Shown one piece after another: positions 18,414-29,102 of a stretch of DNA of 64,000 bases. Positions within the stretch are counted from its first letter, which is position 1; each line of letters starts with the position of its first letter. The notes beneath the pieces were generated by a model that ran no database searches, was not told the DNA's origin, and saw nothing but the letters and a program-made list of their open reading frames with translations. This DNA is from a bacterium (GTDB lineage Bacteria > Patescibacteriota > Patescibacteriia > JAGPKW01), in the NCBI GenBank assembly GCA_021780535.1, contig JAJXYN010000009.1, positions 75,610-139,609 on the forward strand, in the 5' to 3' direction. A program made the position numbers and the translations under genes.

Positions 18414-20015
18414 CTATATCTCTATTATATAAGCTTCCCCGTTTGTGAAAAAGAAATCCCCAGCAAAATTTTTTCCTAATACTGGTTTCACAAATTTTTC
18501 TTTTTTATAATCTTTTATTAATCCTGTTTTATTTAAGTCGTTAAATAAAAATTCTCTTTCTGTATCTATATCTGGATCTATGGTGTGAGTAATTCCCCAT
18601 TTAATACCTATATCAAAACTTGCCGTTCCTATATACACAATCTTTCCATCATTAGTTATCATATTAGTCTTCCAAAATCTTGCATGATGCCTTTTTCTTG
18701 CTGTTTTTTCGCTTGTTGATTTTTGAAATCCAAAATTATGTATTTGAGCATTCCAAAATGATGGTGTCATCGGTGCGGTTTCATCTTCCTTGTTTAAAAT
18801 AGCTGATTTAGCAACTTTAGCAAGTGATTTTAAGTCTGGGTATCTTGCTTGACTCCAACCCGCTTTTTCAAAAAAATTCAAAATTTCTTCATCATTTTTT
18901 GCTACTATTATAAAACTCATTGGCTGTTGAGATTTACCAGAAAGCATCTCCGAATATTTTGTTAAACTGTTTTTATCAAATTCATTTGAAATATTATCTA
19001 ATGATTCTATTTTAATTTGATTTGTATTATTTTGTATTACATTAATATTTTGTTTATGAAATATTGTAAATGATATGAGAAAAGTTAGTGCTATAAAAAA
19101 TATTGCATAAGTTATTCTTTTTATTTCTTTATTAAAAGATAAATGGTGATCTTCTTTTTTATTTATTAATATTTCTGAAATAAATATAGACAATGATAAG
19201 CATATAGCACCTAATAAAAAGCCACCTATAACATCACTTAGATAATTAGAGCCTAAATATATCCTACTAAACCCTATTATAAAAATTAACGTTGTAGAAA
19301 AAAAGATTATGGCAAATTTCTTTTTTCTGTTTTTTATATTTCTTATTAAAAAATATGAAATAAAACCATAGAAAGCTACTGCTATCGTAGAATATCCACT
19401 CGGGAACGAAAAGCCATGTTCAATATAAAAACTAACGTCTGGTCTTGGCCTTTCAAATATGTTTTTTATAATAATATTTGAAAATGTTGCAAAAAATATT
19501 GACGACAACATTGGAATTATATATTTTTTCTTTTTCAATAAAAAACTATATATTATAAACAATGTTGTAAATATGGTTATGATTATTGGATTTCCAAAAT
19601 TTGTAATTAATGTGAAAAAATTAAATACATCTATATCTCTAAAATAAAATATTAAATTAGATATTCTAATATCAGATTGAATTAGTATTTTTTGAGCTAC
19701 ATAATTTTGAATAACTTTTGTAAAAAGAAAAGATGCAAAAACAAAAAATAATATTATTTTTGTTAATTTATATCCATAAATATTATTTTTATCAAATCTT
19801 TGTTTTAAAAATTTATGAATATTAGGATGATTTTTTAAAAAAATAATTACATCTTTATTTCCTATTATGCCGTTTTTTATCCCTCTAAAAATATCTTTAA
19901 ATAAATGTATTAATTTTACAAAAAAAATAAAAATTTTTTTCCTAAAAATTAAAATTAGTATTATTATTGTTATTATTAAAATAATTGGAATTAAAATTTG
20001 AACTTCTTGTGTCAT
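18414..20015 (-). CDS. PAP2-like integral membrane protein with both catalytic histidines substituted
   Basis: Multiple TM helices. KNIFERPRP fits Kx6RP. FPSGYS stands in place of PSGH. SRIYLGSNYLSD stands in place of SRx5Hx3D. A roughly 200-aa soluble C-terminal domain is present. Confidence 0.5.
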   Translation of the reverse strand: MTQEVQILIPIILIITIIILILIFRKKIFIFFVKLIHLFKDIFRGIKNGIIGNKDVIIFLKNHPNIHKFLKQRFDKNNIYGYKLTKIILFFVFASFLFTKVIQNYVAQKILIQSDIRISNLIFYFRDIDVFNFFTLITNFGNPIIITIFTTLFIIYSFLLKKKKYIIPMLSSIFFATFSNIIIKNIFERPRPDVSFYIEHGFSFPSGYSTIAVAFYGFISYFLIRNIKNRKKKFAIIFFSTTLIFIIGFSRIYLGSNYLSDVIGGFLLGAICLSLSIFISEILINKKEDHHLSFNKEIKRITYAIFFIALTFLISFTIFHKQNINVIQNNTNQIKIESLDNISNEFDKNSLTKYSEMLSGKSQQPMSFIIVAKNDEEILNFFEKAGWSQARYPDLKSLAKVAKSAILNKEDETAPMTPSFWNAQIHNFGFQKSTSEKTARKRHHARFWKTNMITNDGKIVYIGTASFDIGIKWGITHTIDPDIDTEREFLFNDLNKTGLIKDYKKEKFVKPVLGKNFAGDFFFTNGEAYIIEI

Positions 20016-20081
20016 TTCTTTAAAAACTTGAATTATTTAGAATATTATTATAGTTTAACATAAGCATAATAAAAAAATAAG

Positions 20082-21443
20082 ATGATATTTACCATAATTT
20101 CTATAACAACAATAATATTATATGCTTTATTTTTTTTAAAGAACCAAAAATTATCAATTGTTGGTGTTATTTTGTTATTACCTATTTATTTAATAAAATT
20201 AAATATTCTTGGCATACCTACAACTTTTTTGGAATTGATTTTAATTGGAACATTTACTGGATTTTTCTATAAATTGCTAAAAGAAAGACACGATATAAAA
20301 TTTTATAATTTTTTTATACCTATAATTATATTTTTAATATCTGCTATAATATCAACCAAAATTTCAAGCCATTATATATCAGCTTTAGGCATATTAAAAG
20401 CATATATAATAGAACCTATTTTATTTTTTATTATCTTTATTAATACATTTAAAACTAAAAAAGAACTAGATATTATCATAAAAACATTAGGAATTACTGT
20501 TATTTATTTATCTATATATGCTATTTTTCAAAAGATAACTGGAATAGGAATAGGCACTAGCGATCCTTCTTGGGCTATAGAAGCCACCAGAAGAGTTACT
20601 AGCATATTTCCTTATCCAAATGCATTAGGATTATTTTTAGCACCGATAGTAACTATATTTTTACATAAAATAATAATAAAAGCTCAAAACAATTTTAAAA
20701 ACTCAATTTTAAATTTAAAAACTTTTATTTTGAATAACATATTTGATTTTGTTGTATTTATAACTGGATTATTAGCTATTGTATTTGCTGGCTCCATGGG
20801 TGCTATTATGGGCATATCTGCTTCTATTTTTTTATATATTTTTATATTATCAAAAGATAAATTAAAATATTTTATCATTGGTTTTATTGGTTTTATATTA
20901 ATTTTAACATTACCATTTACATATCCATTAGCTAACAAAACTATTCTTCTTGGAGATTTTTCTGGAAAAATAAGAACCCAAATGTGGGAGGAAGCATCAA
21001 ACATGCTTAGAAATAATTTTATATTTGGTGGTGGGCTTGATAACTTTAAAGAGGCTTTAAAACCTTACCATAAAAAAACTTTTTTTGAATTGTACTTATA
21101 CCCTCATAATATAATACTTAACACGTGGTCTGAACTTGGTTTTTTTGGATTATTATCTTTTTCTTTTGTAATTGTTATATTTTTTAAAAAAAATTATAAA
21201 ATATATATTTATAAATTAAACTCTTTTTGGCTTGAAAATGCCGGGATTAAAAATATTGAAATATTGAAATATAAAAAAGAAATTGCTTTAATAATCTCTT
21301 TATCTATGTTTACATTATTAATACATGGCCTTGTTGATGTCCCTTATTTTAAAAATGATTTAGCTATTTTATTTTGGGTTATAATTGGGATAGGAATAAT
21401 TAATGAAAAAATTGATGATAATATTGTAGTAATTAAAAAATAA
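20082..21443 (+). CDS. Polytopic membrane protein, O-antigen ligase/polymerase (Wzy_C)-like
   Basis: About 10 or more TM helices. The central loop FAGSMGAIMGISASIFLY resembles the Wzy_C motif region. Confidence 0.45.
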   Translation: MIFTIISITTIILYALFFLKNQKLSIVGVILLLPIYLIKLNILGIPTTFLELILIGTFTGFFYKLLKERHDIKFYNFFIPIIIFLISAIISTKISSHYISALGILKAYIIEPILFFIIFINTFKTKKELDIIIKTLGITVIYLSIYAIFQKITGIGIGTSDPSWAIEATRRVTSIFPYPNALGLFLAPIVTIFLHKIIIKAQNNFKNSILNLKTFILNNIFDFVVFITGLLAIVFAGSMGAIMGISASIFLYIFILSKDKLKYFIIGFIGFILILTLPFTYPLANKTILLGDFSGKIRTQMWEEASNMLRNNFIFGGGLDNFKEALKPYHKKTFFELYLYPHNIILNTWSELGFFGLLSFSFVIVIFFKKNYKIYIYKLNSFWLENAGIKNIEILKYKKEIALIISLSMFTLLIHGLVDVPYFKNDLAILFWVIIGIGIINEKIDDNIVVIKK

Positions 21444-21614
21444 ATATATAAACATAGAAATATAAAAAAGTTGAGACCATTTATATATTTATATATTTTA
21501 TATTTGAATATTTTATTTTTTACTTAATTTGGCTTTTTTTAATTGACTTTTTATTGACTTTATGCTTATATAAATGTAGAATCTATTTATGTTAAAAAAG
21601 ATTAATTAGTTTTT

Positions 21615-24281
21615 ATGGACAAAACATATAATGCCTCAAAAATTGAAGATAAAATATATAATAAATGGGAAAAAAAGGGATATTTCAATCCAGATAATTG
21701 TAAAGAAAACCCAAATTCTGACAAGTCTTTTACAATAGTATTACCTCCTCCAAATATTACTGGTATATTACATTTAGGACATACTGCTACTTTTACTATT
21801 CAAGATATATTAATAAGATACAAAAGAATGCAGGGATATAGGTCTTTATGGCTTCCTGGTACTGATCATGCTGCTATAGCTACTCAAAATGTTGTTGAAA
21901 AGCAATTAGCCTTAAAAGAAAAAACAAAAGAAAGTCTAGGAAGATCTGGTTTTATTGATGAATGTTGGAAATGGACAAATAAATGCCACAACAATATTGT
22001 TGATCAAACAAAAAAAATGGGGGCTTCCTTAGATTGGTCTCGTGAAAGATTTACATTAGACGAAGGGATAACCCTTGCTGTTTATACTGCTTTTACAAAA
22101 ATGTATGAAGAAGGTCTTATTTATAGGGGTCCTAGAATTATCAATTGGTGCAGTTCTTGCGGATCAACATTAGCTGATGATGAAGTTGATTACAAAGATG
22201 TTGAAGGAGCTTTTTATTACATAAAATATCAAATAAAAGATAGTGATGATTTTATAGAAATAGCCACAACTAGGCCAGAAACATTACTTGGAGATACTGC
22301 TATTGCTGTTAATCCAACAGATGAAAGATATAAAGACTTTATTGGAAAAACTGTTATTGTCCCAATAATAAACAGAGAAATAAATATTATAGCTGATGAA
22401 TATGTTGATAAATCAACTGGTACTGGTGCTTTAAAAGTTACTCCGGCTCATGATGTTAATGATTATGCTTTAGGTAAAAAACATAATCTTGATTTTATAA
22501 ATATATTAAACAGTAATGGAACACTAAGTCAAAGCGCTGGAGAGGATTTTGTTGGTATGACTATTGCTAGTGCAAGAGAAAAAGTAATTGCGAAACTTCA
22601 AAGACAAGGATTATTATCAAAAACAGATCCAATAACTCATTCTGTTGGTCATTGTTATAGATGCTCTACCATTATTGAACCTTTAATATCAGAACAATGG
22701 TTTATTGATGTTAATAAAAAAATTGATTCTCTTAATGGTAAATCTCTAAAAGAAATAACCAAAGAAGCTGTTGAACTTGGAGAAATAGAAATTATACCAA
22801 AAAGATTTGATAAAACTTATTTTCAATGGATAGATAATCTTAAAGATTGGTGTATATCAAGACAAATATGGTGGGGACATAGACTTCCTGTATATACTTG
22901 TGTTGAATGCTCTGAAATTACTGTTTCTGCAAAAAAGCCAAAAACATGCCCTCATTGTAATTCAAACCAATTAAAACAAGATGATGATACTTTAGATACT
23001 TGGTTCAGTTCTGCTCTTTGGCCTTTTGCAACTATGGGTTGGCCAAATGAAAATTTTAAAGACTTTAATTTATATTATCCAAATACTGTCTTAGAAACTG
23101 GCTATGATATATTATTCTTTTGGGTTGCGAGAATGGTTATGATGGGTAAATATTTGACTGGAAAATACCCATTTAAAAAGATTTATTTAAATGGATTAGT
23201 TTGTGATAAATCTGGTCAAAAAATGAGTAAGTCTAAAGGAAATGGCATAGATCCTATGGATGTTATAAAAATTTATGGAGCTGATGCTGTTAGACTTAGT
23301 CTTGTTATAGGCTCTACTCCTGGTAACAATATTAATGTTTATAATGAAAAAATCGCCGGCTATAGAAATTTCATTAATAAATTATGGAATGTTTCTAGAT
23401 TTGTTATAGATTATAATGAAATATTTGATGATTTAGACGATGGGGATTTGTCAAAGTTACAAAATCCAAGAGCTCTTGTTGCTGCTAATGAATTAAATCT
23501 TGCCGATAATTGGATATTAAATAAAAATAACGAAATAATAGAAAAAGTAACAGAAAAATTAGATACTTATAGAATAGGAGAAGCTGGAGAAATATTATAT
23601 GATTTTGTATGGAGAGATTTCGCTGATTGGTATGTTGAAATATTTAAAAATAAAGAATATGGTTGTCAAGACTGGGTTTTAAGGTATGTATTAATAAATA
23701 CTTTAAAATTATTACATCCATTTGCTCCATTTATTACTGAATATTTATGGAATACTATATTTAAAAAAGACAAATATACTCCTCTTATAAATGCTGATTG
23801 GCCTGTTGCTAATACTAAATTAAACAATAATAAAATATTAAATAATTTTGATTCTGTAAAAAATATTGTTTCTTCTATTAGAAATATTAGATCTGAGCAT
23901 AATATAGATCCAAAATTTAAACTTAATACTATTATTATTGATAATGAAAATATAAATTTAATAGTTGATAATGCTAAAATTATAAAAGACCTAGCAGGAA
24001 TAGAAACTATTAAAATCTCTAAACAAGCTCCTAATGAAACTAATTTTGTGAAGATAGTTTCTGACACATTTGAAATATATATAGAACTTACAAAAAAAGA
24101 ATTAGATGAGATATTAAGAAAAAATGATAAAGAAATTAAATTTTTACAAGATTCTATAAAAGCTATTGAAATAAAATTAAATCAAAAGAACTTTTTAGAA
24201 AAAGCTCCTAAAGAAATTGTTGAAAAAGAACAAGAAAAATATAAAAATTTTAAACAAAGACTTGAAAAATTAGTTAAGTAA
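21615..24281 (+). CDS. valS: Valyl-tRNA synthetase
   Basis: 888 aa. PPPNITGILHLGH (the HIGH motif of ValRS type). KMSKSKGN. C-terminal coiled-coil tRNA-binding arm. Confidence 0.9.
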   Translation: MDKTYNASKIEDKIYNKWEKKGYFNPDNCKENPNSDKSFTIVLPPPNITGILHLGHTATFTIQDILIRYKRMQGYRSLWLPGTDHAAIATQNVVEKQLALKEKTKESLGRSGFIDECWKWTNKCHNNIVDQTKKMGASLDWSRERFTLDEGITLAVYTAFTKMYEEGLIYRGPRIINWCSSCGSTLADDEVDYKDVEGAFYYIKYQIKDSDDFIEIATTRPETLLGDTAIAVNPTDERYKDFIGKTVIVPIINREINIIADEYVDKSTGTGALKVTPAHDVNDYALGKKHNLDFINILNSNGTLSQSAGEDFVGMTIASAREKVIAKLQRQGLLSKTDPITHSVGHCYRCSTIIEPLISEQWFIDVNKKIDSLNGKSLKEITKEAVELGEIEIIPKRFDKTYFQWIDNLKDWCISRQIWWGHRLPVYTCVECSEITVSAKKPKTCPHCNSNQLKQDDDTLDTWFSSALWPFATMGWPNENFKDFNLYYPNTVLETGYDILFFWVARMVMMGKYLTGKYPFKKIYLNGLVCDKSGQKMSKSKGNGIDPMDVIKIYGADAVRLSLVIGSTPGNNINVYNEKIAGYRNFINKLWNVSRFVIDYNEIFDDLDDGDLSKLQNPRALVAANELNLADNWILNKNNEIIEKVTEKLDTYRIGEAGEILYDFVWRDFADWYVEIFKNKEYGCQDWVLRYVLINTLKLLHPFAPFITEYLWNTIFKKDKYTPLINADWPVANTKLNNNKILNNFDSVKNIVSSIRNIRSEHNIDPKFKLNTIIIDNENINLIVDNAKIIKDLAGIETIKISKQAPNETNFVKIVSDTFEIYIELTKKELDEILRKNDKEIKFLQDSIKAIEIKLNQKNFLEKAPKEIVEKEQEKYKNFKQRLEKLVK

Positions 24282-24283
24282 TA

Positions 24284-24321
24284 AAAAAAGAAAGCATTTT
24301 AAAAATGCTTTCTTTTTTTAT
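24284..24321. terminator. Bidirectional terminator between valS and the convergent 179-aa gene
   Basis: Hairpin aaagaaagcatttt-aaaa-atgctttcttt flanked by A- and T-runs. Confidence 0.6.
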
Positions 24322-24860
24322 TATTGAATTTTAGTTGATATTAAATCTGTTTTTATTTGATTTATGTCTGATACTTTTGCTTTTATGGATAAACTTTTTA
24401 AAACCTTTAAAGCATTATCAGCCGTCCCTAAGTAATATTTTCTATAATTTATAGAATCTATATACCATGCTTGTCCTTTATCTTGCACTTGCACAAATAT
24501 TCTCCCACTAATATTTTTTGCAAAAATATAATCTTTCCAATTTGAATATTTTGAAGTTGGTAATTTTATTCTATTAATATCTTTATTAGATATTCCAATC
24601 CCTAAATTTTGCATAATTACTAAGGCATCTTTTGCGTTATTTAAAGAATATTTTTCTTTTTTAATAGGATCAATATACCATGTTTTTGTTTTATCTTCTG
24701 CTTGAACTACAACTTTTCCTGAATACCTAACCAAAATTGGCTGAGCTTTTGCAAAAGAAACTGAAGGAAAGACAACAAGAGTCATCATTTTCATAATTAA
24801 CATAAATTTTAGTATTTGTTTTTTTGTTGCCATTTCTTTGTATATTTGTATTATTGCCAT
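24321..24860 (-). CDS. Secreted protein with two internal approximately 60-aa repeats (hypothetical)
   Basis: N-terminal signal peptide. Repeat 1 (KTWYIDPIKKEKYSLNNAKDAL...) aligns with repeat 2 (QAWYIDSINYRKYYLGTADNAL...). Confidence 0.45.
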   Translation of the reverse strand: MAIIQIYKEMATKKQILKFMLIMKMMTLVVFPSVSFAKAQPILVRYSGKVVVQAEDKTKTWYIDPIKKEKYSLNNAKDALVIMQNLGIGISNKDINRIKLPTSKYSNWKDYIFAKNISGRIFVQVQDKGQAWYIDSINYRKYYLGTADNALKVLKSLSIKAKVSDINQIKTDLISTKIQ

Positions 24861-25175
24861 ATTTTATGTTTTTATACATTACAACATATTTGCAATTTTG
24901 TCAATATTATGATTTTATATTTATTTTCTTATTTTAGTAAACAAGAGTTCCACAGTTTTCCACAGTTGTTTATTTTTTATTTTTTGTATATAATGTTTTT
25001 CATAGTAGGGGCTAGTAATTGGGGTTTAATTAAACAAATAATTACTTGTTGTAAATAAATTATTCTCTGCAATTTATTTGCGAAAAAGACAATGATTATT
25101 TCTAGAACTCTGGATACTTGGCTCTTATTTTTTACTCTCTAATAAGTTCCCGATTTGTTGGAATGGTTGGATGAG

Positions 25176-25213
25176 AATAAAAAAATCGAACAAAAGTTCG
25201 ATTTTTTTATTTT
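25176..25213 (-). terminator. Intrinsic terminator after uvrA
   Basis: aaaaatcgaac-aaaag-ttcgattttttt is palindromic with flanking runs. It lies immediately after the uvrA stop. Confidence 0.6.
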
Positions 25214-25216
25214 ATA

Positions 25217-28138
25217 TTAAAGCATATTTTTTAAATATTTCCCCGTATAACCTTTTTCACATTTTGCTACTTGTTCTGGAGTTCCCTCTATTATTATTCT
25301 ACCTCCTCCATCTCCACCTTCTGGCCCCATATCTATTATCCAATCTGCCGTTTTTATTACATCCAAATTATGTTCTATTACCAATACAGTATTTCCTTTT
25401 TCTACTAATTTATGAAGTATTGTTAATAATTTATTTATATCTTCAAAATGTAATCCTGTTGTTGGTTCATCTAGTATATATAATGTTCTTGTCGTTGATT
25501 TTTTGGATAATTCTGTTGCCAATTTTATTCTTTGTGCTTCTCCACCAGATAATGTCGTTGCACTTTGTCCTAGTTTTATATATCCAAGACCCACATCGTT
25601 TAATACTTTTAATTTTGGGTGAATACTTGGTATATCTTTAAAAAATTCTATTCCTTCTTCTACTGTCATATCCAAAACTTCAAAAATATTCTTATCTTTA
25701 TAATGTATTTCTAATGTACTTTCATTATATCTTTTACCCTTGCACACATCACACGTTACATATACATCTGGCAAAAATTGCATTTCTATTTTTATTGATC
25801 CATCTCCTTGGCAATTTTCACATCTTCCTCCATCAACATTAAAACTAAATCTTCCTGTTTTATATCCTCTTATTTTTGCTTCATTTGTTGATGAGAATAT
25901 TTCTCTAATAAAATTAAATATTCCTGTGTATGTTGCTATATTACTTCTCGGGGTTCTTCCAATTGGTGATTGATCTACATTTATAATTTTATCTATATTC
26001 TCTATACCTTTTATTTCTTTATGCTTACCTATTTCAACTTTTGATCTATAAAATTTAGTTAATAAATAATTTGCTAGTATATCAATCATTAATGTAGATT
26101 TTCCTGATCCAGACACTCCAGTTAATGCAACAAATTTATTTAATGGAATTTTTACATCAATATTTTTTAAATTAAATTCACTTGCTCCAATTATTTCTAA
26201 AAATTTTCCATTACCTTTTCTTCTTGTATAGTCTGGAGTATATTTATTTTTGAAATAATGTTCTCCAACTATTTTTTTACCAGATAGATATTGACCTGTT
26301 AAAGATTTTTCTGATTCTTTTATATTATCTAGATACCCAGCAAAAACAAGTTCTCCACCATGCTTACCAGCAAGTGGTCCTATATCTACAATATAATCAC
26401 ATGATCTTATAACGTCTTCATCATGTTCAACAACTAAAACAGTATTCCCTAAATCTTTTAATCTTTTAAGACTTTCTATTAATCTATCATTATCTCTTTG
26501 ATGTAGCCCTATTGTTGGTTCGTCTAATACATAAATAACACCTGATAGTGATGAACTTATTTGAGTTGCTAATCTTATTCTTTGAGCTTCTCCACCAGAT
26601 AATGTGATAGAATTTCTAGATAAAGACAGATATGATAAACCAACGTTTCTTAGAAAATCCATTCTTACTAATATTTCTCTTAATACTTTTTCACAAATCT
26701 GCATTTCTCTTTCAGATAAATTTCCTAAAACTTTTTTAAAAAAAATTGAAGCATCATCTATATTTTTATCAGTAATATCTATTATACTTTCTTTTTCTAT
26801 CAGAACATTTAAAAATTCTTTCTTTAATCTTTTTCCATTACAATCTGGACATTTTTCAGTTCTCATATATTTTTCTATTTCAGATCTTGAATATTCTGAG
26901 TCTGTTTCTTTATATCTTCTTTCCATGTTTGGAATTATTCCTTCATATGGCATTTTAAATCTTCCTAAATCATAAAGGGTTGACCCTGTCCCATAAAGAA
27001 TTATATCCATTTCTCTTTTTGATAATTTTTCTATTTTTTTTGTAAGATCTAATTTTTCTATTTTTGCTACTTGCTCAAGAATTTTATAATTCCACCCTTT
27101 TGATGAAATTATTTTTTGCCAAGGCAAAATAGCACCTTCTTCTATGGAAAGTTTTTTATTTGGAATTATTAAATCTGGATCTATTTTTTGTTTTATACCA
27201 AGACCATTACATTCATTACATGCACCATATGGACTATTAAAAGAAAAACTTCTTAAAGAAATTTCTGGGAATGAAATATCACATTCAGCGCATGCAAAAT
27301 GTTGAGAATAGAATATATCTTTTGTTTTTATTTTTTCTTTAATATCTGGATCGTCAATTTTCAATAAATGATTATTAATTTCTTCATCTGTTTCTATATT
27401 TACTATCAACACACCATTTCCAAATTCTAAAGCCGTTTCAACTGAATTTGAAATTCTTTCTCTTTCTTCTTTTTGCTCATCTTTAGATAATTTATCTTCT
27501 AAAATTATTCTATCTACAATTATTTCTATTGTATGTTTTTTTGTTTTTTCTAAAGATAAATCTAATGCTTCTTCTATATCATATACATATCCATCTACTC
27601 TAACTCTCACATATCCAGAACTTTGTATTTTTTCTAAAACTTGTTTATGTTCACCTTTTTTACCTCTTATGACTGGGGCTATTATTAAAATTTTTTTATT
27701 TTTTTGTAATTCTAATATTTTTGAAATTATTTCATCTACTGGCTGTTTTGAAACTATTTTCCCACATTTTGGACAATGAGGTTTTCCTATATTTGCCCAA
27801 AGCAATCTCATATAGTCATAGATTTCCGTTGTTGTACCTACTGTTGATCTTGGATTTTTTGCTATATTTCTTTGATTAATTGCAATAGTGGGAGAGAGCC
27901 CCTCTATCTCATCAACATCTGGTTTTTCTTCTAACCCTAAAAATTGTCTTGCATATGCTGATAAACTTTCTACATATCTTCTTCTTCCTTCTGCATAAAT
28001 AGTATCAAAAACAAGAGATGACTTTCCAGAACCAGACAATCCTGTTATTGCGGTCATTTGATTTTTTGGTATTTCTACCGTGATATTTTTCAGATTATTA
28101 ACTCTAGCGCCGCGAACGACAATGCTTTTTGGCTCCAT
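25217..28138 (-). CDS. uvrA: Excinuclease ABC subunit A
   Basis: 973 aa. Two ABC ATPase modules (GLSGSGKSSL, GVSGSGKSTL, LSGGEAQR x2). Zinc-finger Cys clusters. Confidence 0.93.
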   Translation of the reverse strand: MEPKSIVVRGARVNNLKNITVEIPKNQMTAITGLSGSGKSSLVFDTIYAEGRRRYVESLSAYARQFLGLEEKPDVDEIEGLSPTIAINQRNIAKNPRSTVGTTTEIYDYMRLLWANIGKPHCPKCGKIVSKQPVDEIISKILELQKNKKILIIAPVIRGKKGEHKQVLEKIQSSGYVRVRVDGYVYDIEEALDLSLEKTKKHTIEIIVDRIILEDKLSKDEQKEERERISNSVETALEFGNGVLIVNIETDEEINNHLLKIDDPDIKEKIKTKDIFYSQHFACAECDISFPEISLRSFSFNSPYGACNECNGLGIKQKIDPDLIIPNKKLSIEEGAILPWQKIISSKGWNYKILEQVAKIEKLDLTKKIEKLSKREMDIILYGTGSTLYDLGRFKMPYEGIIPNMERRYKETDSEYSRSEIEKYMRTEKCPDCNGKRLKKEFLNVLIEKESIIDITDKNIDDASIFFKKVLGNLSEREMQICEKVLREILVRMDFLRNVGLSYLSLSRNSITLSGGEAQRIRLATQISSSLSGVIYVLDEPTIGLHQRDNDRLIESLKRLKDLGNTVLVVEHDEDVIRSCDYIVDIGPLAGKHGGELVFAGYLDNIKESEKSLTGQYLSGKKIVGEHYFKNKYTPDYTRRKGNGKFLEIIGASEFNLKNIDVKIPLNKFVALTGVSGSGKSTLMIDILANYLLTKFYRSKVEIGKHKEIKGIENIDKIINVDQSPIGRTPRSNIATYTGIFNFIREIFSSTNEAKIRGYKTGRFSFNVDGGRCENCQGDGSIKIEMQFLPDVYVTCDVCKGKRYNESTLEIHYKDKNIFEVLDMTVEEGIEFFKDIPSIHPKLKVLNDVGLGYIKLGQSATTLSGGEAQRIKLATELSKKSTTRTLYILDEPTTGLHFEDINKLLTILHKLVEKGNTVLVIEHNLDVIKTADWIIDMGPEGGDGGGRIIIEGTPEQVAKCEKGYTGKYLKNML

Positions 28139-28225
28139 ATTGTCTTTGATGTTAGGGTTTAAAATGTATCGGAAGTATATAATAAAAAACTATAAAAGTA
28201 AAGGATGGAGTAATGGAAATTTTTT

Positions 28226-28768
28226 TTACTTTTGTGTTTTATCTTCAATATTATATCCACTTTTTAAAATTTTATTTATTTTTTTATTCCATCTTAAAGG
28301 ATCATCTTTATAATCATAGGCTATTATTTTTATATTACCATCTTTATCCGTTCTTAAAAGTTGTCTATTTCTGACAATATCACCAAACATATTAATTCTT
28401 TCTTTTATTATAATTTTATATGTATATTTGTTTTTATTTATAAAAAAATTCATAATTTTGTCAAAATATGTTTTTGAAACACCTGCCAAATCTGATGTTT
28501 TTTGATCATTTATTTTACTATTCTCTTTTTTGCTATCATTTTTTTCTATATATTTTTTGTGATATTCATTTAATTTTTCTTCATAATCCATTCTATCTTT
28601 TTCTGATTGATTTAAAACTGTATTAAAATTTTTACTATAAAAATCTTCTTGTTTTTTTGCCCTATTATTTTCTATTTCTTCTATTTGAGAAGAAAATTTA
28701 TTTATAGATTCTAAACGTTTTTGTTCTTCTAATTCTGATAATCTTGATGGGGATATTTTTTCTTTCAT
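28226..28768 (-). CDS. Hypothetical Lys/Glu-rich protein (180 aa)
   Basis: ORF only. Coiled-coil-like composition. Confidence 0.35.
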   Translation of the reverse strand: MKEKISPSRLSELEEQKRLESINKFSSQIEEIENNRAKKQEDFYSKNFNTVLNQSEKDRMDYEEKLNEYHKKYIEKNDSKKENSKINDQKTSDLAGVSKTYFDKIMNFFINKNKYTYKIIIKERINMFGDIVRNRQLLRTDKDGNIKIIAYDYKDDPLRWNKKINKILKSGYNIEDKTQK

Positions 28769-28879
28769 ATTCTTATTTTATTATATTACTTTTATAAGTA
28801 GTATTTTAGCATATTACAAAAAAAATATTCAATTTATTGACTTTTTACTAATATTGGATATAATTTATTTATTATATAT

Positions 28880-28963
28880 GCGGGCGTGGTGAAATGGTAG
28901 ACACGCGTGCCTTAGGAGCACGTGACGAAAGTCATGGGGGTTCAAGTCCCTTCGTCCGCACCA
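28880..28963 (+). tRNA. tRNA-Leu (anticodon UAG)
   Basis: 84-nt class II tRNA. Anticodon stem cgtgc/gcacg with loop cttagga. Long variable arm. Encoded CCA. Confidence 0.85.
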
Positions 28964-29102
28964 TTGTGTACAATGAGTATATTTTGGAACAACATTAAAT
29001 ATATCATTTTTAGCTGGAGAATTATTGTTGACCCAGGCCAAACTAAAAGATAATTTGATTAATAAAAATGGCTTGACGAATGTTCGCCAAGCCTTGAGAA
29101 GC

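Noticed and set aside
25171-25641. 156-aa Leu-rich ORF on the plus strand, and many other 60-170-aa ORFs (e.g. 7032..7340, 8039..8371, 17574..17966, 26604..26975, 29914..30237, 44504..44758, 45322..45561, 55450..55719)
   Set aside because: All are antisense shadows inside well-supported longer genes (uvrA, the giant protein, HD-GYP, M16, ychF, pnp and others). They have low-complexity hydrophobic translations typical of AT-rich antisense frames.
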